The position numbers and the translations under genes are program-made. A stretch of 63,664 nt of DNA, counting the filler, from Octopus bimaculoides (Eukaryota), in assembly GCF_001194135.2 (NCBI RefSeq). It is 4 parts of 4 records of this genome, joined end to end, with 100 filler letters (N's around TTAATTAATTAA, not from the genome) between each part and the next. Parts side by side here need not be neighbours in the genome. Positions count along the whole stretch, not along the records: positions 61,445 to 63,664 come from NC_068986.1; 3 more parts are not named here. One strand, 5' to 3'. Position 1 is the stretch's first letter. Each line of letters begins with the position of its first letter. Positions 62,850-63,664 of the stretch are shown piece after piece. The notes under the pieces were generated by a model. It did no database searches. It was given only the letters and a program-made list of their open reading frames with translations, and was not told the DNA's origin.

Positions 62850-63055
62850 TTGAAAGTTTCCCTCCGAGGCAGAAGTCCAGGCAAGGTTATTTATGGAAGA
62901 CCAGCAGTTGCCAATGCATACCAGCCCCCTCTCTCCGCGTCACTCACCGATGTTATCCAAGGGAAAGGGAAAGGCCGATACAGCTTAGTATTACTGACAT
63001 TGCAATTCATTTCTACAGCTGAGTGAACTTGAGCAACGTGAAATAAAGTGTCTAT
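62850..63055 (-). mobile_element. SINE related to family A (same central motif, different tail)
   Basis: rc acactttatttcacgttgctcaagttcactcagctgtagaaatg...ctggtcttccataaataaccttgcc. Confidence 0.65.
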
Positions 63056-63516
63056 TGAGCTCTTTGGGTCGATATTTCTATCAAAAATATTCCTAACTTC
63101 CGTCCGAAGAATCTACGTCTAAGATTCCTAATTCAAAGCTTACTGACCACTGCTTTCTCCGGACTATCTTTTCCTTCCTTCTTTTCCTCTCCTTTGGACT
63201 TTTCCCTTTTTACGATGAAGAGCCATGTTCGAAACGTCATTTCCACTCCTATTTTTCCATCTAAAACTTTCACTGGGCGTCAATCTAATATATTCACTGT
63301 GTACGTTTAATTGACTTTTTTTTTTGTTTCATTATGCTTTTTTCTTATTTTTAATCGTCGATACCGACAAACTCCGTCCAAACGTAACCTTATCATGCGA
63401 ACAATGAGTGATCAACAACGAATTAAAGAATGAATAATTTCTTTTAATAGAAGAATGTTATTAATGCCAAAATGTTAGTTACATGTGAAAACATTCGCAA
63501 CTAATAGAAAGGTAGT

Positions 63517-63577
<61 letters not shown>
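63517..63577. repeat. (GATA)n microsatellite
   Basis: Visible directly. Confidence 0.95.
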
Positions 63578-63578
<1 letters not shown>

Positions 63579-63664
63579 CATTTCTTTTATTAGCCACACA
63601 GGGCTCAACGAAGATGGGACAAATACAATGTAGAGCTTTTCTTTTTGGGAGGGGGAAGGAAGGA

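Overview
Eukaryotic, AT-rich, repeat-saturated draft-assembly window with many N gaps. The SINE, RTE and MITE families and the microsatellite load are most consistent with an octopod cephalopod (inference). There are no rRNA genes, bona fide tRNA genes, CRISPR arrays or long intact host CDS. The content is mostly decayed transposons: four Penelope-like elements (PLEs: one near full-length Penelope/Poseidon-type and three Naiad-type remnants), many RTE LINE fragments, CR1/L2-like and RLE-type LINE remnants, two Ty3/Gypsy gag(-pro) fragments, mariner/Tc1/maT elements, piggyBac-type MITEs, a Helitron, an L1/Tx1-like insertion inside a SINE, and tRNA-derived SINEs. A chain of short phase-compatible + strand exons (23.9-43.3 kb) may belong to an unidentified host gene. 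The most interesting signal is the PLE at 25.2-28.4 kb. Its terminal repeats carry a tRNA-Arg-like Pol III promoter (A/B boxes) followed by a minimal hammerhead ribozyme, and its ~2.7 kb sense strand has no TTTT (Pol III terminator). This suggests a Pol III-transcribed, ribozyme-processed, protein-coding retroelement. Other highlights are several further hammerheads, a Naiad with TGA at a conserved Cys, and a repeat-spacer array of LTR-end/PBS units. Coordinates were read by eye and may be off by a few bases.
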